Positions 28,151 through 40,084 of a stretch of DNA of 64,000 nucleotides are shown piece after piece. Position 1 is the stretch's first letter, and each line of letters starts with the position of its first letter. The stretch is from positions 79,856,001 to 79,920,000 of the forward strand of contig OX597817.1 in the NCBI GenBank assembly GCA_951406725.2. Direction: 5' to 3'. Under the pieces are notes generated by a model. It was not told the DNA's origin and ran no database searches. It was given only the letters and a program-made list of their open reading frames with translations. Source of the stretch: Octopus vulgaris (Eukaryota). Position numbers and translations under genes: made by a program.

Positions 28151-28637
28151 TCCTCCTTGACTCTCTCATCACTGGCACATGATGAAAGACAATCTGTTTT
28201 CTTTCTTTCTCTTCCTTCATAAAGACAAGATGTGCTTTTACCTGTCTCTTCTCATAGCTCATCCTTCCAGTGTTCATAATTTTTCACATTGTCTTGGCTT
28301 ATCAGCCCTCACCATTTGCTTTTACTGTCTTGTTCTCACTGTCCTCTCTTTGTTACCACTTTTACCCTCCGCAAAAATCCCAAATTATATTTAATTTGCT
28401 TTGCGGGAGGAACTGTTTCAACGAAGTCATGTATTGTCCTTACCTTCGAAACGCAGAGTAGATGAAACAGGGGACAAGTGATGAAGGGAACGTTCTTTAT
28501 GTTGCATGTCTCGTTTCTCTATTTGCTTGTTTTTTTGTTGTTCGGAAAAGTGTTCCATTTCTATGTTTTAGTTTTTTATGTTCTCATTTCCCATTCTGCT
28601 TATGTTTTTTCAATGTCCTGTACCCATTTATGCAAGT
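28150..28637 (+). mobile_element. Retroelement 3' end with a permuted hammerhead-like motif (28413-28490)
   Basis: CTGTTTCA-ACGAAGT-CATGT-A-TTGTCC-TTACCTTC-GAA-ACGCA-GAGTAGA-TGAAACAG-G-GGACAA-GTGATGA-AGGG. Terminus GTCCTGTACCCAT followed by a TA microsatellite. Confidence 0.65.
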
Positions 28638-28662
28638 ATATATACATACATATGTAGCTATG

Positions 28663-28697
<35 letters not shown>

Positions 28698-28739
28698 GCA
28701 TATATTTATATATTATTTATATTATATATATATATAAAA

Positions 28740-28975
28740 ATACATAATATTGGTAAAAACGGTAAGATAACAAAAGAAAGAAAGAGACCTCAATATTATG
28801 TAAATAGAGGAAATTTATCTGTAAAATAATATATGACAATTATTCAATAACCAAGATAAAACTCTTGGAGATGGCCAGATAACTGAAAAGATGGTGTTGT
28901 GGATTTCGACCTCGGCATCCGAAACTCAGAGTTTTATCTTGGCTATTGAATAATTGTCACATATTACTTTAGAGA
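28740..28975 (+). mobile_element. Penelope-type pseudo-LTR pair (inverted) with type I hammerhead (28874-28943)
   Basis: GATAA-CTGAAAA-GATG..CATC-C-GAAA-CTCAGAG-TT-TTATC. 40-bp inverted arms at 28826-28865 and 28928-28966. Confidence 0.65.
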
Positions 28976-29076
28976 TATATACATAATATATATATATATA
29001 TATATATAATCAGGGTAAGCCAAATGTCAATGCACCAAAGCAGTTGACATTTTATTTATATTCTTGTTGTTGTTGC

Positions 29077-29118
<42 letters not shown>

Positions 29119-29985
29119 CATTATTATTATTATTCATTTTGTTGATCTTGTAGATATATGTATTCATCATTATTTTATTTATTTTATTCAATTTTATGAG
29201 AATTGAAGTATGACTTCAACAATTCTGGAACAAATTGAAATTATTTTGTGTGTAACTTTTGGTCCACACTGTATATATATAGAAAGATACACATGTATGT
29301 GTATATAGGTACACCAACTCACAGGCAAATGTGTATATATAAATATACTCTCCAATTTCTTACTGTAGATAAATCAGTAAGATGATAGGTGGATGTCAAT
29401 GAAATAACTGCTCTCTAATTGCTGTATCCATTGCTTTGTTGAAGTTCCCAGCAGGCAGACAGACAATCAGACTAACAGCAGCAGTTAGCACAGCAACAAC
29501 AACTGCTACTACTACTACTACTACTACTACTGTGACAATAACACTGACAACAAAGGAGCTGAGGAAGTCAAAATGCCACTTTATTTTGACATCTTAGTAA
29601 ACACCATGATTAATATTATTTAACTCATGGTAGGTGTTACCTCCTTAAGACATTTTGTTTTATGTCGTGTGTGTATGTGTACGTGTTGTTGCATTTGAAT
29701 GCATGGATGTCTATATATTTGAATGTATGTATATATGCATATATGTTTTCATGTATATGTATATACATATATATATTTGTATATATATATATATATATAT
29801 GTATACATGCATATGTATATACATGCCTATAAACATACAGAGATACATTCCAATGCAACACAATTACAAAATATATATGTGTGTATGTGTATGTGTGTGT
29901 ATAAATATTTATTTATATATCTATACATATATATACATATACAATCAAATATGTTTACATGTATGTATGTACATCTATATATGTG

Positions 29986-30035
<50 letters not shown>

Positions 30036-30263
30036 CCCAGATATGTATGTGCCTATGATTTTTTTTTAGTATTACTCAGTCTGTATCTATGTATGTTTAT
30101 TTGCATGTGAGTGTGTCTGTGTGTTATAGTTTTATTTTCTCTTTAGAATTGAAATTCTTGTTTTTAATGTTTGTTTGTTCTACATTTCATTCATTTATTA
30201 TTTCTTTTTGTTACATTTTATCATCAGGGTCATAAATAACTTTTACTGCCACCACCACCGTCG

Positions 30264-30306
<43 letters not shown>

Positions 30307-30569
30307 CATCGTTGTCGTCATCATTGCCATCGTCATCATCATCACCATTGTTGCCATCAGTTACATCACAGTGATATAATCATCACATTACCTCCTCGTT
30401 ATCACCATCCTCATAATATTCTTCCTCAACATTATGACCTTGGTCTTCATCACCATCCTTGTCTGCATCATCATCATCATGTTTGTCATCAGTGTCATCT
30501 TTTTTCATCACTATTATCTTAATTGTCATTCCCATTGCCATTCTCATGATCACCAACGTCGTCATCGTC

Positions 30570-30775
30570 GCAGGTGAGCTGCAAGATGCAGGAGGAAAGA
30601 GTGAGAGAAAGTTGTGGTGAAAGAGTCAGCAGAAGTTCGCCATTACCTTCTGCCAGAGCTACATGGAGCTTAATTGTTTCGCTCATAAATACACACATCA
30701 CCCGGTCTGAGATTCGAACCCGTGATCCCTCAAATGCGAGTCCACTGCTCTAACCACTAGGCCATGTGCCTCCAC
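30570..30775 (-). mobile_element. Family A SINE
   Basis: TGGCCTAGTGGTTAGAGC and GGTTCGAATCTC boxes. Confidence 0.85.
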
Positions 30776-30953
30776 ATACACCTATCTGACTAATACTCAA
30801 CCTCTTTTGCATTAATTTCAACACTATGCATGTAGTTTATCAAACAGCTGAATTGTTCATCATCAAAGCTGACAAAGAATCCAACATACATAACACATTC
30901 AATTAACACTATGAAAAATGCATGTCCTTCCTGTTACAATTTCATTCATTCGT

Positions 30954-31008
<55 letters not shown>

Positions 31009-31113
31009 CATGAACAACATTATTATCATTATTATTATTATTATCAACAACATTATTATTATTATTATTATTAGTATTATCATGAACAACATTATTATTA
31101 TTTATTATTATTA

Positions 31114-31223
<110 letters not shown>

Positions 31224-31446
31224 GTTTATGTTTATACAGTTATCATTGCTGTTCTTTTCCCTGCTACTATTACTACTGCTGCTACTGTTGTTGTTGTTGT
31301 TCTTGTTCTTGTTGTCACTATTGAGCTGTCTTTGAGAAAACTCACCAAAGAAAACTTTATGAAGAATGGGATGCACTTCTGTGTGACAGTAAGCCATTTA
31401 GAGGCAGATGGTGTGTGAGCTTGAAGCAGTTTTACTGTTATTATTA

Positions 31447-31499
<53 letters not shown>

Positions 31500-32197
31500 A
31501 TTATTATTATTATTATTATTATTATTGTTATTATCATTATTATTATTTTTAAGAGCAAAGACCCAGATGAGAAATTTGCTTCTTAGTTATTTAGTTTAAA
31601 ATTTCCTTTCCTTCTCTTAACAATTTTTCAATTTATTCTCTGTTTTCAACTGTTGTTCGCTAATTTACTATTTTCTTTAATATTTTATTTTCATGTTTAA
31701 TCGTATTTTTTCTTTCAAACAGCCAAACCAAGCCATTGCTGTCACTGGCCCATGTGCACATACATGTAGCTTGCTACCACAGCCACCACCTGCACCTTGT
31801 GTGTGTCTCTTTCTTGTTAGGTTAGCAACATAACAAAGCTGCTTTTGACTCACCCTACAATAACTTAACTAGAAACAGTAAATATTTCCTATGGAGAAGG
31901 TTCAGCTCATAAGTGTTCCAGAGATGTGCTTTTGTTTTATTCTAGCTTTGTACTATTTTTCTTTATTTGTTTATCTATGAACAAACACACACACACACAT
32001 GTGTGTTTGTATGTGTGTATGTGAATATGTATGTACTTATGTATGCATGTATACATGTACATATGTATGCATATGCATATATGTGTCTATGGATGCATGT
32101 GTGTGTGTGAGTCTGTATACATGTGTGCATGTATGTGTGTACATATATGTATGTATAGGCACATATATATGTGTGTGTCTGTATATATATGTATGTG

Positions 32198-32258
<61 letters not shown>

Positions 32259-32645
32259 GTGTGCACATATATATGTATATGTGTGTGTATTTGTAGGTAT
32301 GTGTGCATATTTGTGCATGCATGTGCATGTGTGTGTGAGTGTACATGTATGCATGTGTCTATGTATGTTTGTATGCATGTATGTATATGTTTATATATAT
32401 TTGTATATGCTTATTTATATATTCATATATATGTATATGTTTATATTTATATGTATGTAGATGTTTATATATGTTTTTATATATAAGTGTGCATGTGCGT
32501 GTGTGTGTGAGTGTACATGTATGCATGTGTCTATGTATGTTTGTATGCATGTATGTATGTTTATATATATTTTTATATGCTTATTTATATATTCATATAT
32601 ATGTATATGTTTATATTTATATGTATGTAGATGTTTATATATGTT

Positions 32646-32721
<76 letters not shown>

Positions 32722-33089
32722 AGCATTTTCAAACTTTAAACTTTAACTTCTTTCGGAATCTGTCACCAATAATTTGAGAAAGCAATTACTTTTCAAGTCA
32801 GGAAACAAAAATAAATAATAAATATTTATAAAAAAAAACAAAACAAAAAGACACTTGAACCAACCAATCATTTAATTCATCTTAGAATACAAGTAGCAAA
32901 CTTGTTCACGATAGGCTTGTCTTGTAAAATTTTATTTAAATGTATTTTTCCCCCTTATTCCTTTCTTGTTGTCTTGTATATTTTTTTTCTATTTTCTTTA
33001 TTTGCTTGTAACTTATCTTTAGCCATTTTTCTTCATTCCTTTCATTTCTTCTCTTTTCACATAATTTCTTTTGTAATCTTTTAATTCTT

Positions 33090-33300
33090 TTATTATTTTA
33101 CTTGTTTCAGTCACTTGACAGCAGCCATGCTGGAGCACCACCTCCAAGGGTTTTAATTGAACAAATCGACCCCAGAACTTATTCTTTGTAAGCCTAGTAC
33201 TTATTCTATAGGTCTCTTTCATCAAACCAATAAGCTTTGGGGACATAAACACACCAGCATCAGTTGTCAAGCAATGATGAGGGACAAACACAGACACACA
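33090..33300 (-). mobile_element. Family B SINE tail
   Basis: GCTTGACAAC..GAATAAGTACTAGGCTTACAAAGAATAAG..GACTGAAACAAGTAAA. Confidence 0.8.
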
Positions 33301-33553
33301 CACACACAAATATATACACATAATTATATATATATATATAATACATTCCTAAATGTCTCAGAGAGATTTATGTAGTAGTGGTACGATAAAGTAGTTGTAT
33401 ACTGTCAACTTAATGTGACAGTCCCATGAAGGGAATCATACTACTGCTATTTAGCCCTAGGAAGCAACAACGCTTCCTGTTGCCCTTGACACATCTCCTA
33501 TGTCCTTATGTTTGCAAGGGGGAGAGAAGCACCTCCATCCAGCTAAACCTGCA

Positions 33554-33596
33554 TCCAGAGATTAGTTTCTGAGTCTTTGCTCATCATCAGTCTGGA
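33554..33596 (-). ncRNA. Minimal type I hammerhead ribozyme, canonical core
   Basis: TCCAGA-CTGATGA-TGAG-CAAAGA-CTCA-GAAA-CTAA-TC-TCTGGA: 6-bp helix I, intact CUGAUGA/GAAA/UC core. Confidence 0.8.
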
Positions 33597-33732
33597 GTAG
33601 CATGGCCTGCTAGTTGGAGATGCCTATCTAGTCTTTGCAAACATATAAGAATTCTAGTGAAATACATTCACTGATTACAAAAATAGAAATATATATAAAT
33701 TAGTTGACAGTATACAACTACTTTATATATAT

Positions 33733-34599
33733 CATCATCATCATCATCATCGTTTAACGTCCGTTCTCCATGCTAGCATGGGTTGGACAGTTCGACCGGG
33801 GATCTGGGAAGCCAGAAGGCTGCACCAGGCTCCAGTCTTATCTGGCAGTGTTTCTACAGCTGGATGCCCTTCCTAACGCCAACCACTCCGTGAGTGTAGT
33901 GGGTGCTTTTTACGTGCCACCTGCACAGGTGCCAGGCGAGGCTGGCAATGGCCACGGTCGGATTGGTGTATTTTATGTGCCACCGGCACGGAAGCCAGAC
34001 GAGGCGGTGCTGGCATCGGCCACGAGTCGGATGGTGCTTTTTACGTACCACCAGACCAGGGATCCTGGCTGGTTCAATTCGATTTCGATTTCGCTTGCCC
34101 CAACATGTCTTCGCAAGCAAGGGGGTTGGCATGGGTGCCTGTTGTACGGTCAGATTGGTGTATTTTATGTGCCACCGGCACGGAAGCCAGTGGAGGCGGC
34201 GCTGGCATCGGCCACGAGTCGGATAGTGCTTTTTACGTACCACCAGACCAGGGAACCTGGCTGGTTCAATTCGATTTCGCTTGCCCCAACATGTCTTCGC
34301 AAGCAAGGGGGTTGGCATGGGTGCCTGTCGTACGGTCAGATTGGTGTATTTTACGTGCCACCGGCACAGAAGCCAGTGGGGGCGGCGCTGGCATCGGCCA
34401 CGAGTCGGATAGTGCTTTTTATGTACCACCAGACCAGGGATCCTGGCTGGTTCAATTCGATTTTGACTTCGATTTCGATTTCGCTTGCCCCAACATGTCT
34501 TCACAAGCAAAGGGGGTGCATGGGTGCCTGTCGTCGGATGAGGTTCTATATCGACTTCGCTTGCCCCAACAGGTCTTTGTGTCCAAGGGAGGAAAGGCA

Positions 34600-34600
<1 letters not shown>
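33733..34600 (-). mobile_element. Family C SINE with three ~190-bp internal tandem repeats
   Basis: (CAT)n plus body. Units start at 33954, 34146 and 34332. Confidence 0.85.
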
Positions 34601-34636
<36 letters not shown>

Positions 34637-35225
34637 AATGGGCTTCTTTCAGTTTCTGTCTACCAAATCCACCCACTAGGCTTTGACTAGCCCAAGTTTC
34701 TAGTGGAAGACACTTGCCCATGGTGCCATGCAATGGGACTGAACCCAGAACCATATGGTTGGGAAGCAAGCTTCTTACCACACAGCCACGCCAGCACCTA
34801 TATTTATATATTTATTTATTTTTAGTATCCTCAATGACAAAAAGAAGTAGGAGTGGTAGCAGTAACAGTAGTGACAAAAGCAGTTCTGACAATGGTTGAA
34901 AAAAATTAAAACAAATACACATTACAGCGGTGTTGCTGAAGTTTGAGTGCACATCCCACGCATGGATCTTGGCAACATGCTAGTGGGTGTCAGGTTACTC
35001 CAGAATGAGGTGTAAGTAACAAGTAAAAAGACAAGCATTAAAGTTTTAATTAGAACTTCATTGATATATAGATATAGACATGACCATGTGGTAATAAGCT
35101 TGCATCCCAAATACATGGTTCTAGGGTCCATATGATACCTTGGGCAAGGTGTCTTCAACCATAGCCCCAGGCTGACCAAAGCCTTGTGAGTGGATTTGGT
35201 AGACGGAAACTGAGAGAAAACCTTT
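34637..35225. mobile_element. Two family B SINE heads in opposite orientation (34637-34790 minus, 35075-35225 plus)
   Basis: Family B head motifs. Confidence 0.75.
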
Positions 35226-35245
35226 GTGTATATATACATATATTA

Positions 35246-35965
35246 GGTCTGATCAATAAGTGTCTGGATTGTTACAATAGTAACAAAGTTAAAGCATGCA
35301 GAGTAAAGCCCCTTGGCACACACTGAACTTTGCTGTGCATGCACACTAAGTTTTAATGTTCTAGCTCACTTCCAAGCTTGGAAGGAAGGTGTGTAGCATG
35401 TGATCATCGCATTGACCATGCAGAAAGTGTATGGAGAGGAGTGTATGAGCTGCACACAAGTGTACATGTGGCTCAGATGTTTCCAAGATGGCCAAAAACA
35501 TATCAATACTGATAAACATTCTGGAAGACCTGCAACCAGCAGAACAGAGAAAAATATCACAGATGTACATGCAGCTGTGAGGGTAAATTGTCGAATCACC
35601 ATCCGTGAGTCGTCAGATGATGTTCAGATTAGTTACAGTTCAGTTCAGTCCATTATCACTAAAGATTCGGATATGAGATGCATATTTGCCAAGTTTGTAC
35701 CAAAACTGTTTTGAGTTGACCAAAGAGACACTTGGGTTTCAGTTGCATAAGATCTCTTTGATTGTGTCGAGAATGATGATAACTTTTTCAAAACTTTGCG
35801 TAGGCCACTGAGCAGGTATCACCAAGCTTTTGGCAAAATTTGATGCCAATTCTCTGCTCGACTTTCTTTGTCATGTTCAACGCGACGTTCACACGCTACA
35901 CATCTTCCTTCCAAGCACTGCTGTAAACAGTGAAAGTGAGCTAGAATGTTAAAACTTAGTGCACA
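35246..35965 (+). mobile_element. mariner derivative with an inverted duplication of its 5' end
   Basis: MQKVYGEECMSCTQVYMWLRCFQDG..SGRPATS..RITIRE..AKFVPKL. 35800-35965 is an inverted copy of the 5' UTR plus transposase start. Confidence 0.82.
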
Positions 35966-37096
35966 CTTGCCCAAAGTGCCATGCAGTGGGACTGAACCTG
36001 GAACCATGTGGTTGATAAGCAAGCTACTTACCATACAGCCACTCTTGTGCCTATGATGAGTATAGTCATTATCAAAGTTATCAAGATTTCCATCTTTATA
36101 CCACATCACCATTGATCGCAATCACTTTTGATTGATCATCATCATTGATCATGATCACTCATGATGGATCATCATCATCATCTATGACCAGTCTTGACAG
36201 CCATCATAATAATCACCATCGCCATCATCTTTAAAATTAGCATCATTACTTTCATCATCATCATCACCATCATAATCATCCTCATCATCATCATCATTGC
36301 CACTGTTGTCATCATCAACATTCTCACCAGCAAACCAACACCACCACTGTTATCATCATCAGCAGCATCATTGCTACCACCACCATCACTACCATCACCA
36401 TCGGCATCATCAGCATTATCATAATCATCACTATCATCATCGTCATTGTCATCAGTGTTGTCAGTCTAATTCTTAAAATTCTTTATTCTTGTATTATTTT
36501 TGTTATGGATATTTTTATCACCTTCACCATCATCACCATCATTATCGACATCAACATTACTGCTACTACCAGCAAAATGATAACCATCATAATCATTATC
36601 ATCATCATCATTGTTATCATCATCATCGTTGTTATCATCATCATTATAACCACCACCACCACCATCACAACCAAACCACTGTCACCGCTGCCACCACCAT
36701 TACCACCACCACCACCAGCAACATAACTGTTATTGGCAGTCCTCCACGCGTATTTCTTATGCTGGCATCCCTCCGTCTCGACACTCAGCAAAAAGACTTG
36801 ACAGTGATTCAAACATGATAAGTGGTTGAAAATATAAAAATACCTCCACCAAAAGAAGTCTATAAAAGAAACACAAACGAAGAGAAAATTAAAGAGTATT
36901 ATTTATTACAAAATAAAAGAAATAAAAAGAAGGACCTAATACCGCTTCTGCTTGAGCTCCTGTTGTTGTTGTTGTTGTTCCTGCTGTTGTTTATGTTGTT
37001 CATATTTAGTTTCAGGTCAACCCCTGGTAGATTTGATTTATGATGAAAAACATTCCAGCAAAGAATACCAATAAAGATTTAACACCATAAAAGTGA

Positions 37097-37275
37097 CCAT
37101 ATTCTAATGTGTATAAGGAACCTCATATATAAGGAACCCCCTAATTTGGGGGCTTAAAATTTAGAAAAATGGTTTTGTAAGGGCCTATAATACTATCCAT
37201 GTATAAGAAACTCCCATATTTTCTAAACCTAATTTTTGACAAAACAAGGGGTTCCTTATACACGTTAAAATACAG
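37097..37275. mobile_element. pogo/Tc2-type MITE
   Basis: TIRs CCATATTCTAATGTGTATAAGGAACC / GGTTCCTTATACACGTTAAAATACAG, with internal repeats of TATAAGGAACC. Confidence 0.75.
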
Positions 37276-37548
37276 TATGTGAATTACCTGAAGAAGGCTG
37301 GAGCAAACAACTGCTCAAATGTTGTGAAAGAAAGAAACAAGCAAGATCAAGACACCATTTCAACTAATGTAATAAATTCCTCATCTCAGAAATATAGAAT
37401 TGTATTATATTCTTATTATTATTAAATTCTTCATTATTTTCTAAATTAATTGAAAAAAAAGACAATGCATTTCAATATCAATTTGCTAACAAAAGTATTA
37501 ATTCCACAACCCACAACTTTATCATTTATAATAAAAAATATGCCCATA

Positions 37549-37644
37549 GGCATATGGCATAGTGATTAAGAGCGTGCATATGGTGTAGTGGTTAAGAGCA
37601 TGAGCTACTAACCCCAAGATTCTGAGTCTGATTCCAGGCAGTGA

Positions 37645-37722
<78 letters not shown>

Positions 37723-37922
37723 CAACAACAGCAACAACAACATTGAAAAATACCTTAGGAATGAGAACCCAGGGTCAAAATTTCCTCAAGACACCTGATG
37801 AAGGCTGGAGGGTATATCAGCCAAAACGTTGTGTTAACAACAAACAAGATGAGGACAAGTAGCCGTTAAATGTAAATAATGTAAATAACGTACACAATTC
37901 CTCATCTCTTAAATATTAGAAC
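37549..37922 (+). mobile_element. tRNA-headed SINE with (AAT)n linker and hammerhead-containing tail (HHR 37791-37834)
   Basis: TGGTGTAGTGGTTAAGAGC..GAGTCTGATTCC head and ACAC-CTGATGA-A-GGCTG..CAGCC-AAAA-CG-TT-GTGT. Related tail at 37285-37405. Confidence 0.7.
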
Positions 37923-38009
37923 ACTTGAATGATCTATCAATGCACAACTATTTTATATAGAGTTATACATGAAAACAATCTAGATAGTCAGACAGATAGA
38001 TTGAATAGA

Positions 38010-38520
38010 TACTATCTCCCAATTTGGCATGGCATTGCTGCAAAAACAATATACAATACTATTTGGAAAAAGACTGTCCTGGAATAAATACAAAGAATCC
38101 TTCTTTTATTGAATATATGCACAAATACCAGCACAAGGAATACTTGTGTCAAGAATAACATTAGTCAAGAATAAGCATAACAGGCCAGATATTGTTGTTT
38201 GGGATAGACAAGAGAAAGTATGTACCATCATAGAGGTCAGCTGTCCTGCTGATGTCAAAGTCTTTTTGAAAATTGATGAGAAAGAAGATAACCATGCACA
38301 GCTGCTTCGAAGTCTCCAGCATCTATATCCGGATAAATTTATGTTCATACCAATAACAATTGGAGCACTTGGTTTTGTTAGTAATCCCTGTCAGTCTGTC
38401 AGTCTGGATAAGCTTGGATTTTCAGAAAAAGAAATAACCAACTGATTCACACGTTACAAATACACTCTGAAAGTGAAACAGCAAGACGATGCAAGGTTTT
38501 CTCAGGTTTAAGATGTAACA
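38010..38520 (+). pseudogene. Restriction-like-endonuclease LINE C-terminal fragment
   Basis: KHNRPDIVVWDRQEKVCTIIEVSCPAD..KEDN..FIPITIGALG (PD-(D/E)xK nuclease). Confidence 0.82.
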
Positions 38521-38907
38521 TTGTTTTCGTTATCTAAATTCCAAAGATTGAGCTTCTGTATATGGCTGCAACGGTAAGACCAAACAGGACTTGAAAGTCA
38601 TAACATGCTGGCAGGAATATAACATCACTAGGTGAGACAAGCTGACACCGAATTAGCTTCGCTGATTGACAGGTGACAGTCTCGTTTAGAGAATGCGTGG
38701 GCCAAGACTATGCTCCTTCATTGGTCAGTTAAAGTTGAGACAGTGTCACGTGACAACTTGCTGGGGCTGCCTCCTGGAGCCTAGCAGCAGGTATTTCAAG
38801 GGAAACTTGACAAGACAGTCAGTCACACGCTGACACTCGTTGATGCTATATCAAAGAGGCCAGGGAACAGAAGAAAGAAGACATGCACCAGAGCTGAAAA
38901 CACCTCT

Positions 38908-39050
38908 GAAAGGGTGAGGGGGCTCCACCACGTCAAAATGGTAGAGAAGTCGGGGCCGAAACTGGACATGGTTCCTCCTGATGATGTTTTGAGCTAACTA
39001 GATCCTATAAAGGAGCTGTTGTGGTAGCAGACCATGAAACACGGTTGAAA
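38908..39050 (+). ncRNA. Tandem hammerhead-like motifs downstream of the RLE fragment
   Basis: CTGATGA (38978), long stem, GAAA-CACGG-TT. Upstream decayed unit GGCTCC..GGGGCC-GAAA..TT-CCTC. Confidence 0.45.
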
Positions 39051-39159
39051 TTCCTGTGTCTTGGTTAGAAATCAGTAATTTCTTCAAAAGAAGAATTTGA
39101 ATGATTAAATACAGAGGAGATATACCTAGAATTCTTCCAACTGTTTATGCTCTCAGCTC

Positions 39160-39460
39160 AAAATCCCTTCAAAGGCAACACTTAACCTTCTGGAGTCAAT
39201 AAGATAAAGCATCAACCAAATACTAGTGTCAATAGTATTGACTAACTCCAAGTCTTCAAAATTGCTGGCCTTGTGCCAAACTTAGTATTGTGAAGTGGCA
39301 AGCTGGCAGAATTGTTAAAGCATTGGACAAAATGCTGAGTAGCGTTTCTTTTGATACTAGACTCTGAGTTCAAATCATGCCAGTCAACTTTACATTTCAT
39401 ATTTTTGGGGTCCATAAAATAAAGTTCCAGCTAAGTACTGGGGTCAATGGAATTGCTCCC
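39160..39460 (+). mobile_element. Family E SINE remnants (Nin/Deu-like domain)
   Basis: AGCTGGCAGAATTGTTA..TCTGAGTTCAAAT..TCAACTTT..GGGGTC.ATAAAATAAAGT. Confidence 0.65.
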
Positions 39461-39661
39461 TTTGTATGGATTTGAGAGAAACTGAAAGAAGCCCATCGTA
39501 TGTGTGTGTGTGTGTATACCACACATACACACACACACATATATATATGGTAAATCCAAAAGAGAAGAACAAACACAAGAACACAATAACATGAGGATGT
39601 GGTGCATGTAAGGTATTTGCAGACACACTTCTTTGGAACAGAGGAAAGTCCAATCGAAGGG

Positions 39662-39728
<67 letters not shown>

Positions 39729-40084
39729 GTAATGCCTCAATATATGAGCTAATTTGTTCCCAGAAAAATATTTTACCTATAAAATTTATAATACTCATAA
39801 ATAAATGGCAATAAAACAACACTAGAATGAAAAGAATATTTTATGTAAAGCAAAAAGAATGTCAAGATCATTTATAATAAAAAATATTATTATTATAATC
39901 ATTTTCTGAATTACTTTCACTTGCATTAGACTCACACACACTATACTTGCAGACATGATTGCCAATCCACAAGTACTCATAGACGAACTTGTAGATTTCT
40001 TTTTAAAAACAAGTCTAGAGTTTTTTGCATAAAAGCTTTTTTGTTCTCTATAAATTTCTCAGTAACATGATCTTCGAAAATTAG

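Noticed and set aside
32334-32650. ~170-bp direct duplication (also 1250-1375 and 63310-63350)
   Set aside because: Ordinary local tandem duplication within degenerate microsatellite.
33954-34570. CRISPR-like array, or the coding ORFs 33770-34690 and 33854-34600
   Set aside because: Whole units are repeated without unique spacers, the context is a eukaryotic SINE, and the ORFs are by-products of a GC-rich tandem repeat.
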